Position numbers and translations under genes: made by a program. Positions 24,915-37,000 of a stretch of 64,000 nucleotides of DNA are shown here, in pieces (positions within the stretch are counted from its first letter, which is position 1; every line of letters starts with the position of its first letter). The DNA lies in assembly GCF_052425735.1 (NCBI RefSeq), contig NC_135760.1, positions 4,030,001 through 4,094,000 of the forward strand, written 5' to 3'. The notes beneath the pieces are model-generated. The model made no database searches and was not told where the DNA came from. It saw nothing but the letters and a program-made list of their open reading frames with translations. The stretch comes from Oculina patagonica (Eukaryota).

Positions 24915-25689
24915 GTATTTATTTTATGCCTTGCACGCTTCATCAAATTCCATTAAGAATTATAATGTTTCTAACGACAGAGTTTTCTACTGTTAATTAT
25001 TTCTGTCAAGAATGCTGTGTTTTCTGCTCCCAAGGTTACAGTACAAAATAATACAAGATACAGTATTTTAAAACCTTTTTAGCACACAAAAAGAGAGTGA
25101 AAAGAAATGATAGCTGAGCACTGCCTGTTGATATTTCAAGATGGCATTTTCTTCATTTTTATTATTGTATTAAATTGTAAATTGTAATCATGTCATTGAT
25201 ATTTTTGAGATTGTGGTTTGAGAATCTTCATGTATATATTATTCATGTATATATTTACCACTTTGAAACAAGATCCACTCTATCTTTGGAGCAATGTAAA
25301 AGATAATTCAGGCCAGAATAGTTTTAATGACATGTAGATGTTTTGGGTTTTAGTACATGCCCATTTACAATACAGCATATCATCACAAAAGTTAGAAAAA
25401 TGTAATGTGTGTTGTATTTAAGCTTATGCTTGTGTAGTTTATCACCAATGTACAAGTAGTGTACATGTTTGTGTATATTTTGTATATATACAATAAGAGA
25501 TCTGATGGAATTTTTTTCATGTAAATAATTATTGTTTAAATAATTTCTCGATTTTTAGGCTTAAGTTTTATATCAAGGAATCAATATAAGTCAAAATTAT
25601 AAAGAGCTTAGATCAATCGCAAAATATATAAAAAAATATAATTAAATTTTTGGAACAACAAATTAGAATAATGATAATAAAAGAAATAC

Positions 25690-26683
25690 CTGGAATGGGA
25701 CACTATCACTTTTCTCTTTTTTCTTTTCTTGCCTTTGCAAGACTCGTTTCCGTAGTTCCACACTCTTTTTCACTTGGCATTCTCTGCGAAAATCTCTCAA
25801 GAACTGACACGCTCCCATGTTCACATAGTAAAGCAATATGTCTGACAGAAGCTTCTCAATGAGTTCCTGAGGAGAACAAAAAGAATTACCGATATAAATG
25901 ATGATTGTTTTACATTGAGATTTAAATTGTTTATACTCACAATTTTGAAGATTTATGTTCTGGATCGGCAAAACAAGTGAGAGTCGCCATCTTAATTTAC
26001 AAGTACATTGTAGTTCCCAGTCTTTATCCTCCATACATTAATGGGCGTCTACCGTACATGTGCTTGTCTCTTTCTTCATTATTTTATTTTAATATATTAT
26101 ATCCAGGCAAACAGAATTTTTATTGTAACTTAAAAATGATTAAGAAAGCGATTTCTTACCTTGTGCTTACAGATATCCTCATTTTCAAAGCACTGTAGCC
26201 AACTCGTCTTCAATTCTTGATCAGCTTTTAACTCAACTAACGCCATTTCAACCATTTCTTCCCGCGCTTTTTTCAAAATGTGCAAATTGAGTAATTCCAC
26301 TCGCCTTTTCTCTAGTTCCATAAAGAAAATGTACGCCTGGTCTGAAATGTGAAGCAATCCTCTTTCGCGGTATTGTCTCCCTTCTGTCACTTCTAGCGTT
26401 TCCGGGAACATTGAAGTTTCCTCCAGTTCCGAATAGGGTCGGATGACGTTCTCTTCAAGCAAATGACAGGCTATCTGTTGGTTCTCAACTCTGGCCAGCG
26501 TGGAACTGCACTTGGTGAACAGATTCTTTTGAATGTATTTTCTGCAGCGATTTAGAACCTTCCTCACAGCCCAACCCCCAACATGTCGTACTTTTGATCG
26601 ACCTACTCCGCTCATTTCATCAACATCAAAACGGACGGCCTCCTCCTGCCTTTGCTGATTCACGACAGAAACTAGCCCTGATG
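25690..26683 (-). CDS. Second (convergent) gene of the P-like element, partial; exons ~26683-26160 and 25866-25690
   Basis: Open frame runs from the inner TIR border (..TSGLVSVVNQQRQEEAVRF..KVRHVGGWAVRKVL..RGLLHISDQAYIFFMELE..CKHK), donor AAG|GTAAGA, acceptor CTCCTCAG, in-phase exon ELIEKLLSDILLYYVNMGACQFLRDFRR..PFQ|GT. Confidence 0.7.
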
Positions 26684-27225
26684 TGTGATGTCAGAGAGAC
26701 AGAGTCTGCCACCCTTACCTCTGTTACAACTCTCTGTTTGCGGAATGACCAGGGCTCATATCTTACGAACGATAAATGTCCTCCTTGATCATTCAGCAAA
26801 TGCCATCCAGGTTTTAACGGTGTCTCGGCGATGGGTTGATTTTCTTCTGTCGTTGTTGGGGATTTCCTTGCGAGTCCAAGGTAGAAATTTTGTCGTCCTT
26901 GCTTCGACGAACCGCGTTTTACCAGCTTTACTTTTTCGCCCCAAATCTGCTTTATGAAAAGGCCGAACAAAGACGAACTTGCCTTACAGGGAACGTTCTC
27001 TTTCAACTTCTCTCCGTCGGCAAGTAACTCTCTAACTGCTAACAATTTTCCTTCGCAGTGCTCGAAGTTTGATAACAACCTACAAGATACGTGACCGATG
27101 TTCATAATTAGATTTCACTTTTCTATGTGATCAAAAGCCGTAAGCGTCAGCTTTGTGGATAAATTTTTGCGTTAAAAAAACAGTTTAACCTACCATGTCT
27201 TCCAGTGCCACGATGAAGAAGTCAT
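26626..27225 (-). CDS. TIR-duplicated 5' end of the transposase: ~161-aa product with the RFX-like domain only (exons 27225-27194, 27079-26626)
   Basis: Mirror copy of transposase exons 1-2; reads past the TIR border into IRASFCRESAKAGGGRPF-stop. Confidence 0.55.
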
Positions 27226-27988
27226 CGCTTCGGAATGGATCGCTTTTTCGCACTGATCGATAGATTCCTCAGGTGAAAATACGTTTTCTATGCCGTTATT
27301 TTTTTAATTTTGTAAACACGACTCGGCGCGATTTTGATTGGTCGACGAAAACAAAGCGCCTCGCCGTGGGTTGACAAATAAAGCACGTGGGGACCCTGGG
27401 TGCATTCTGGATTGGCTGTCGACAAATCGATGCTGTCCACCCCCGTCGGGTTAATTATAGTCACCCAACATGCTATGCGAGCCGCGAGAACGTCCACGCC
27501 AGTTTGGACGCGGCTATTTCGAATTTGTGAAGCGAAGCAATCTCGGAAAAAAGCTTTCGTAGCGAAGGCGTTTGAGCGCAGAATTGCGAATCAAGTGAAC
27601 AGACATGGAACTTCAACATCTCTTCTTTGATTCTGCGGAGGAATATGGGTCGACAGGACTAATTTCAGAGGATTTATTCGCTTCGAGCGGCGGGCACTCC
27701 GGAAATCAGTGTACAGCCTTGTCTTTATTTTAGCAGTGGAACACCTAAATAACGATAACTCGCCGAAAACGCGTTGGATCGACCTGAAAAGCTGGCAGAC
27801 AACAAAGAATGAAACAACGAATCAGGTAAATCAACTTTATTCACAAAATATACATTTTTTTTTACTTTTAAAGCAAAACCGTTGTTTCCCATACAAACCC
27901 TTATAATTCGAATCTTTGTAACACAACACCGCTCGTAAGCAAGAGTCACGTCCAAAGGTAATCTGATAGAGAGCTTGGGCCGCCTGTG
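26684..27988 (-). repeat. Right TIR (1305 bp) of the P-like element
   Basis: Reverse complement of 20027-21332. Confidence 0.95.
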
Positions 27989-28014
27989 GATGGGTATGCA
28001 TCTTTTGATGTTTC

Positions 28015-28561
28015 CACAGGGAGCCCGAACGCTGTATTGGCAAAGTTAATAATGAAAATAAAGATATGTTTGTTACCTGTGCTCCTGTGTCTTTCTTTGT
28101 CCTTAAAATGGTTGTGCTCTTGTGTCTTTCTTTGTCCTTAAAATGGTATTTGAATCGGTGCGAAAACGGTTTGAGCAAGCCTTGTCTGACGCTCCGTAAA
28201 TAACGACGCAGTTAACACGTCTCGTATTTCCATTCATGTTATTAACTATTAATTCTCAACGGGAGAGCGTTAAATTGAAATACGAGATTATCTCCCCAGG
28301 AGTGTTAATGGTTAATATGGAAAGAAATAGTTAATAACATGAATGGAAATACGAGACGTGTTAACTGCGTCGTTATTTACGGAGCGTCAGACAAGGCTTG
28401 CTCAAACCGTTTTCGCACCGATTCAAATACCATTTTAAGGACAAAGAAAGACACAAGAGCACAACCATTTTAAGGACAAAGAAAGACACAGGAGCACAGG
28501 TAACAAACATATCTTTATTTTCATTATTAACTTTGCCAATACAGCGTTAGGGCTCCCTGTG
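28015..28561. mobile_element. Foldback MITE related to the P-like element (236-bp arms, 75-bp spacer, 7-bp TSD)
   Basis: Ends CACAGGGAGCCC...GGGCTCCCTGTG; TSD ATGTTTC at 28008-28014 and 28562-28568; arms 28015-28250 and 28326-28561 with one mismatch seen; ~35-bp tandem repeat in each arm. Confidence 0.9.
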
Positions 28562-31125
28562 ATGTTTCCAACGAGAAACTACTGAGAAATCACTTTCCGG
28601 TATTATTTCGATTCATGCTGTACCCAGAATCTTGATCACGTTCCTTGAAAGTACCGAGATAATTATTCAATTTCTTATCATTATCTCAAATAGTAGAAGA
28701 AGCTCAAGAAACAAGAAAGCAACTAAACGAACTGGTCTAGGCACTTCCCTGGTTCATAATGGTCATGACGTTCATCTTTAAAAAATAAAAAAAATAAAAA
28801 TAAAAGATGGCACTGAAGGCGGTGAAGTGGGCCCGGGGGGAGGGGGGGGGGCACTCCCTTATTAGGGCTTAACAGGGACGTGCGGCCCGATAGGGTATGG
28901 TTTTTAGGCTTTTCTGTCTTGAACGGGGTATATATTTCACTCCTTTTTTGTCTTAAACGGGGTATCTGCATGGACCAATGTCAAACAGGATAGGCTTATA
29001 TGCCTGCAGAGGTGTAACAAGCCGAATTTTCACGAATTCTTTCATATTGCTGACTTACGTTGATTTCGGCATTGATACTTAGCTTAATTCACAATCACAA
29101 CAAAGCCAGTGAGGTACTTGTTTATGTCTTAGACGGGGTATCAAAAATTAGCATTCTGGCTTAAACAGCGTGGGAAAATCAGAGGTTCGTGTCTTAAACA
29201 GGGTCAGCGTTTAAGAGGCCGGGCCCGCATCTCTCTACCCGAAATTATGTTGAGTACCCTAGATCACATTTCACGAAATCACGACGTCACAATCTATTTC
29301 TTTGACCGAACAGGCCTAATAAACTATCATCCCATAGAAATCAAAGGGTGAACGATTTAATCGTTTTAGTAGAGTCCTTTCTTTACTTCCTTGATATCTG
29401 ATTTTCAATTATTTTCTTACTTTGAACTCTCGTATTAGTGAAATGAAACTTGCAGCTGTGTACAAGCGCTTATCAGTTCATTCAACAATTTCGGGTTTAA
29501 ATGTCGCGCGTAACGGCTAACGCCTTTCTTTTATTCTTCTCGGAAATTGTTTTATCCAGTTATGTTTCTAGATCTTTTCCCCAAACTTCGGAGAAACGAC
29601 AAGAAAACGTGACCATTTTGTAGGTAACTTCCAGCCTGGCCACTGCACACTAATTAACAATTAGACTAAGAGTCCGAGTGTTCTATTAATGAATAGTCAA
29701 CGAGGCGCAGCCGGCTCGACTACTGCTCACAGGAAACAAGGGCGAGTAGTCTTATTGTCTTAGTAGGAACTCTGAAGAATTGCAGTCCAAAATCTAAAGT
29801 TTGATGTTTTTTAAGGCCTAAGAGGAACGCGCTCGCGATTGTGTTCTTTCTGCGAATAGAATCCACAGGGGGGGGGGGGGGTTGTAATAGAACATAATAC
29901 GTGTCAACTAATAGCTGATAGTGTACGATAGCTCTGCCAATCAAACTGCAGCTGACTAAAGAACTTTTATACGTGGCTTTTCTCAACATTCCTTTATTTC
30001 GGTAAAATTAGCGGCCTGACATCGACCACGTTACGAAATGTATAGCAAATGATGTTGTTATTTCAAATATCTATAAGATGAACCAGATCAAACTGAACCA
30101 CCCTGAGAAACTGGTCTAAACAGCACACGACCTCCCAAAATGACACTGCTCTTTTTTATTAGTCAGTAACCAAGGAGACTAGTTTCAACTTCATTCAAAG
30201 AAGCGATGTTTAAAAGCAAATTGAAAAGGGAAAAAAATGAAAAGATATAAAAAAGTATTTCGACGACATATCAACGAGAGACGCAACTTATAGTAAAATA
30301 ATTATATATCATGTTATCCATGATTAACGTATTTGCCCTAATTGATATATTTTTAGCATGTTTCCCGCGTTGCAGTTTGTCCATCACTTGATTAGTCGTG
30401 ATACTTAGCTAGTTATACAACTTATACTTACTAGGAATAGTTGACACTACAGCTGTCCCCGCCGTGTTATACTTACTTATTTACACTAAGTAACACCGTT
30501 ATCGATTTTTATAATTAGTTTGGTTTGTTTGATTGGCTGGTCATAAGAACGCGGGAATCTATGCTAGATCTGTAGTAAATATAGCTCAATCTTGGAGTAG
30601 GTGCTTGCCTTGCACACTACCCTGGTTATGAGCTCCTGACTAAAGTCGTTAGTATTTTACTGATATATATCAGTTTAAACTTTTTTGGGTCCTGTTCGCC
30701 TTTAATTTACCATGATCTTTCATATATACTTAATTTCGGGCACCTCGTTTATTCTATTTTACTGTATTTTTTAATCAAATAATTATATTTATTTATTTTT
30801 GCTCGAACCTTCTCCTGTCCTACAACTATGTATTTTGATGTCTGAATACGTATCTTTACACGAACATCACGGCTTATTAAAATCATATGTACAATTCAGA
30901 TATAGATTTACGTCGATATTTATCCTCCCGTCACCCCCTAATTACAACCACACTCACCTCCCACTTAACAATCACTCTTTAGATTTTTCCTGGTCTAGAT
31001 CTATATCAATTCAGTTTTCATCAAGAGTTGAGCCGCCTAGCGAAGTTAGCTTACTAGTCGCGTGCTTCACACGCGATCAAGGCTCACGTCATTCAAGCCT
31101 CTACCCCATTCCCTCCCGTTTATTG

Positions 31126-34048
31126 CTAGCTCACGTGTTCCGTGTAAGAACACGTGTAAGTGACCAACGTCTTTATGAACGGTGGATAACTTGTCTTATA
31201 AACTCGTTTCAGGCTCACAATGCACACGTTCGTCCCATCAACTTGTCCGAGGTTAGCCTGACAATGCTTGTCAAAATCGTCGACAGTTTTGTTGTCCCCA
31301 GGGATTCCGAACGCTCTGACGCGGGTGACCTTTAACGTTCCAGGGCACTGGAGAGAGATGTCGTCATTTCCAGTTCCCTCGGCTGAAAGAAAAATGTTGA
31401 GATTGTTTTAAAGGAATTTTTTTTCCCAAGGCAAGTAATTTTTTCCCAAGGAAAGTCAGCAATACAGTGGAATCCTGATTTATCTAACCTTCAAGAGAAA
31501 ACGAAGACTGGCTCGAGAATTCGGGAGTTCGAGAAATTGGGTTGGGGGGGGGGGGGGGATTGCAGTTTTTAACTTAGTAAAGCAAATACAAGGGAAACGT
31601 TTTTTGGTTCGAGTTTAATATCAGGAAGTTTCATCCATTGATTTGTAGTAGATAAGGGCAGCTCCATTTCCTAAGGCTTGCTCCAACTAACCTGCGATCC
31701 GCCGCGAAGAAAAAAAAAGAAAGCCTGATCGCAGGTTAGGCTCCAACGTCTGGTTTAGTTGAAGCGAGACTAAGGAAACAACTTTGTGGGGGGGGGGGGG
31801 GGGTGTACTAAACTAAATGTTCACTGCAGGAGACAACACAATTAACACAAATCTTCAATTTCCTTAGACAAAAAGAAGGAGAAGGGAGGCGAAGGATTAT
31901 GTCTGAAAGAGGGAGGGGCCGTCAGCCGTGCTCACCTTTTTTCTCTGTTGTCACCACCCGTGTGGGGCGAGGTGTTGTGGGACCAGTCAAGGTAACATTG
32001 GATGTTGTGAAATTTACACCTGACAAAACACAATGAAAAATAGAATGCGAGGAGTTAATGGTTCACATCTTTTACTTGAATGATGTCTTTGCAAGTGTCA
32101 GATAACTCGAAGGAATTAGGCTGTTAGAATAATAGCGACATCCGAGTCTTAGACAGCCCAAAGTTTGAAATGAAAAATCTCGTTAGTTATTACCTATAGA
32201 GCGGTTTTCACTTGAGTGTCGAAAGTAAATTGCGTTTGCTTTGGTTTTGCATTACTAAGCTTAGCGATTGGCTAAAAAATCTCGCGCCACTTTCTCAGCC
32301 AATCAGAACTAAAACCAAAACCAATCGTGACTCGCTCGCGCACGTTTTCCCGCGCTTCGTGCCAGTACATGTATTTGCTTCGAGTTTTGATTGGTTCACT
32401 GGATTGTCTGTGTCCTTTGTGATTGGCCAGAGTAATTACTTTGGTTTTGGTTTTACGACACTCAATTCAAAACTGCTCTAAGCTTGGTTTAAATAGTTGT
32501 TTTGATAGTAGTGTCCTCTAGTTGATTACTTTTAATTCTCGTAAAATATCTCATTGGCAGCCGATATATTGACACTATAGCCGGATAGCAAAAAGTGATC
32601 TTTATTACATTTGAAATTTCAAAGATTAATTTTACTTTAACTATTTTTTACCAACATAAACACGATTTTAAATACTTGTAAACGTAGCTAATTCGATTAT
32701 ACCTCATCAAATTTCTATCGAAACCTACGTCTATCTGTTTTATAGTGGAACTTTGATCTTGGTTTAAGGGCAAAGCGTTTCTTTGCGTGCATAAGTCAAT
32801 CGTTATCAACATACCAATGTTGGCTGTCGTTATCACCGAACTAGTGCTGATACCATTGTATGAAGTAATTGCTTCACTCTTTGGCCCGTCTTTTGTTTTG
32901 ATGTATCCATTTATCGACGGAAGATGAGGGTTTTTCATTTCTAAGTTAGCTGTGAACAGTGAGTGTCACAATAAACGTACTGTTAAAGAGAGAACTGAAT
33001 CGAGCAGAAAGATTTATTCTCAGGTATTATATATTTGCATTAAAAGTTGCATTATTGATGGAAACATAAAAAAAGAAAGGAAGCAAGGAGGAAGAAAAGA
33101 AGAAAGAAAGGAAGCGGGAAAAAGGAAGGAAGTATAGACGGGACGGACGGACGGACGGAGAGACAAACAGACGTTAACAGACAGATAGATAGACAGTCAT
33201 TTACAAAGACGGACAGACAGTCAGACAGTTAGACAGTCAGACAGACAGAAAGACAACCAGATATTTAGACAGTCAGAAAGACATTCAGACAGCTAGACGA
33301 CGACGTCAGGCAGTACGACAGTCTGACGGACAGACAANNNNNNNNNNNNNNNNNNNNNNNNNNNNNNNNNNNNNNNNNNNNNNNNNNNNNNNNNNNNNNN
33401 NNNNNNNNNNNNNNNNNNNNNNNNNNNNNNNNNNNNNNNNNNNNNNNNNNNNNNNNNNNNNNNNNNNNNNNNNNNNNNNNNNNNNNNNNNNNNNNNNNNN
33501 NNNNNNNNNNNNAAAGAGTCAGACAGTTTAACAGACGGGCAAACAAACAGATATATAAATACTCAGACAGTCAGAACAGACAGACACTCCGGCAGCTAGA
33601 AGACAGTCAGACAGACAGACAGAAGGCAGATAGAAAGACAGACAGAGACAGACAGACAGTAAGAAAGTCTGACAGTCCGACAGACGGAAAAACAGATAGA
33701 CAGAAGTCAAAAAAGAAAATCGGACAAACCTTTACAGAGTTCAATGACAAATACTAAGTAAGGAATAAGTCCAACAAGACCGCCGAGGAAAAAGCAGACA
33801 GCATAACGAACAAGAAGAGCGGTGTGTGGGTTATGCTTCCGAGAGAAGAAACGGAAAAGTTTCTGGAGACAAAGAAAAAGAGAGACATAATCAGGTTGGC
33901 CTATCTACAGAAATAAAGACCGCTAGAAGGGTCTCGGGAGAGGACAGAAAAGAATGGGACTGGGAAGAGGATCATTCAGATGAAAATTATAACTTATTTT
34001 AATCGTTTTTATTTTTAATTTTCACCAAGTTATGATTTATATATTCAC

Positions 34049-34083
<35 letters not shown>

Positions 34084-37000
34084 TTTTATATTACTTTCAA
34101 AAATAGATGTGATAATATATTCCTTACTTCAGAATGGCTTTGCTTTACCTATACTAAGTTCTGATTGGTTTAAAAAACTAGCGGCAAATATTTAACCAAT
34201 CAGCTGAAAGCCAAAAAAACGGCCCCTGGCCACACATTTTTCCCGCGCTTGGCACTGGTAACCTGTTTTTGCTACGAATTCTAATTGGTTCATCGAGGTC
34301 ATCATTGTAACTGATTTATTTTTTGTAGACAATCAAATTTTAAGTATTTTTACTTTCTCAGGGCAATTTTTTCTTTAGCCACAATCCCTTGAGCCATTTC
34401 CCTGTTACATTCAATGATTTAGTAAACTCTACCTATCTCTTTAATTATTTTTTCCCTCAAGTCTGAGAACTGAATTCCTGCCCGAACTGAAACATTTGAC
34501 AACGGCGTGATATCTCGCTAAGAAGGCTGATAAATCAGGCCAGAACGTAATGACTGCATCTTAGCAATGTACTGAATTGATGTTTTTCTCCGCCTGGAGT
34601 GAGTAACAAGCGTAACTATAAGATCAGTAACACGAAGAGAAGAAAGAGAGAGAGAAAGCGACAACTTACACGAACTGCCTCACTGTCTCCAGTGCTTACC
34701 GATTTCCGTCCCATTTCCTCGTCCGAATCCATCATCTGTCGTCGCCTCTGTGGGTTTGGTCGTGACATGATCGGTTCTTTCTTTTCCTTTTGTTTCTTTT
34801 TGCTCGGGCTTGATGGTGGAGGGCTGAAAAATGCGTAAAAAATACTTTAAGTAAAAGTGGTTACAGTGCATGTTCTCTTTCAGTGGCCATGGTCAATTCT
34901 TTTTATTATTTTTATTCTCTTTCCCGAGGATGGTACAATGGGCGACAAAAGTAGTTGAATCAAGGTAGTGCAAGAATTGTAAATAGATTAAATATATTGT
35001 AAGTAGTAATAGTATTTATTGCAATAATAATGTAAGAAAGTAGTAAATAGTAATAATAATATAAGTAGGTAGTATAAATACCGCAATGTAATTAATTATT
35101 CAAACGCAAATCCGGTGTAAAATGTGAAGCGTCCCCCTCCCCCCTTTTCAACGTTGTACAGAAACGAAGCAGGTCTTGCAGAAAGCAAATCCAACACTGT
35201 TTCGGGAGGAGGGGTTAATATCGAAGAGGTGAGGGGCGAAATTTGTCCAACGTACTGTGTCTCAACATTTTTGTCACCCATCGGTATGTGCACGAGGGGA
35301 TGCTGTCAGCAGAACGGTGCTCGGTTCATATCGTAAATATAACTGAAATCAACTCCCCCTCCCCACCCATCCCCCACAAAAAATACCTATTAAGCTACAT
35401 TGAAGCTTAGCGGCATTTGACCTAACCTGAGATCATGCCATCCCTCCCTACGTATTTCGAAAAAAAGGACGCCTGATCGCAGGTTACATCTGACTAAGAA
35501 GGCGAACTTGACCTTGGTGGTAACTTTTGTGCACTGGAATAAAGGATTGTATCCCGCCCTCTCAGTTCATCGATCCCAGGAGGCGTAGGTGAGGGGTAGA
35601 TTACAGACAAAAAGAAAAGACAAACATGACTCGGGCTAATTAAATGTAAAAGAAAGGGGCTCATTATATCACTTACATAGAGAAAACCACCCAAAACAAG
35701 GAAAGATAAGATACCAAGCACCCCTGCAAGTTCGTATGACATTTATCACTAATATAATGGTGTTACATTGTGAACGTGGAAACTTCGAGGGTGAATTAGC
35801 CAAAAAGAAGATCAATCACTTAATGACTAATTGACTGTGTTACTAAAACATGAATGGCGTGGTTTACGTAAGTCAGAATATTTGTATTCTGATATTAATA
35901 GCCATTTAGTTAATTATTGAGAACTTTTAGTTTTCCCAGACAATGAAATATGTTGCTAGAATTCGTGTGAAACATTCTAGCAAATGATTTCAATACAAAG
36001 TTTCCTCTCTGAAGGACTAAATACGTTACACTTATCAAAATGTGGAAACCCTATCCTTAAAGAGTTTCTTTAAAAAACTTTTTTATTTTAAGTTTAAAAT
36101 ATATAAATTACATGCAGAAAGCTCTCACAAATGTAAAAAAAACAGAATTTAATTGAACCTTGAAATGTACCTAAAATAGCTCGGAGCACAAAATTGTTTT
36201 GAAGAATGCAATTTTAAAGAGCACTCAAAGAGGAATCTTTTATGGTAAGCTAATTGAAGAAAAATCACTGTATTTCTATGAAAATAGAATTTCTTTTCAA
36301 ACACGACCCTTGAAATTTTATCCGTCACGGAAAAGTTGGCATTCGTAAATGATGTATATTGGTGATGATTTTTTTTAATTTATGTATTTATGTGAATTTA
36401 TCAAGCCAGGCGTGTTTTTTTTTCTTTTCTTTCTCTTTCTTTTCTTGCTTTCCTATAATATATAAAGCTAAGGAGAAAGAAATTTTTGGGTTCACTCCAT
36501 TTTATTTTTTTGAAAACACTGACGGTGCGAAAATTTGCTAAGTGGCTAAAATAAATTGAAAGATTCTAGTTTGGCGTATAGTTGCGGATGTGTTTTAAGT
36601 TCAATTTCTTCAATTTTTCTCTATCATAAGGACAAAATTACCTTGTGTATAAACAAAAGAAGAAAAACAAGATTTCGATAATGTCAAAAACGATCAGATA
36701 CTAGTTAGAAAAACGTATTAAATCTTACAGACGTAATTACGGCATTAATTACTCCAAAGATAGATAAAATAGTGGTCTAAAAGAAGTTATTTACTATCTA
36801 TGTGAGCTAACACACATTTCTACGCAGTGTAAATTCGCTAAATCTAAAACACGTAAACAATTATTCAAAACACTTACTTGGGTACTAAGTTCTGTAGATT
36901 GGGTCCTCGAGAAAATCCTGGTATGCGAAAAAGACTTCGTAGGGGTAGAAAGCTTAGAAATGCCTAAAAAACAACACGGCTTTTCAGAACATGGTTGTAT

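Larger units (their letters stand above)
20027..27988. mobile_element. P-superfamily (Galileo-like foldback) DNA transposon, 7962 bp, ~1.3-kb TIRs, 7-bp TSD, probably internally deleted
   Basis: Ends CACAGGCGGCCC...GGGCCGCCTGTG; TSD GATGGGT at 20020-20026 and 27989-27995; near-identical TIRs; contains a P-type transposase. Confidence 0.92.

Noticed and set aside
20027-27988. Long inverted repeat as a pure mis-assembly
   Set aside because: The arms differ at several positions and are bounded by CA..TG termini with an exact 7-bp TSD, as expected for a real transposon
30799-31335. 178-aa plus-strand ORF
   Set aside because: Non-ATG start, and antisense to the last exon and 3' UTR of the secreted-protein gene
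35494-35742. Possible extra exon of the secreted-protein gene
   Set aside because: No convincing in-phase acceptor/donor pair, and the flanking exons already join in phase
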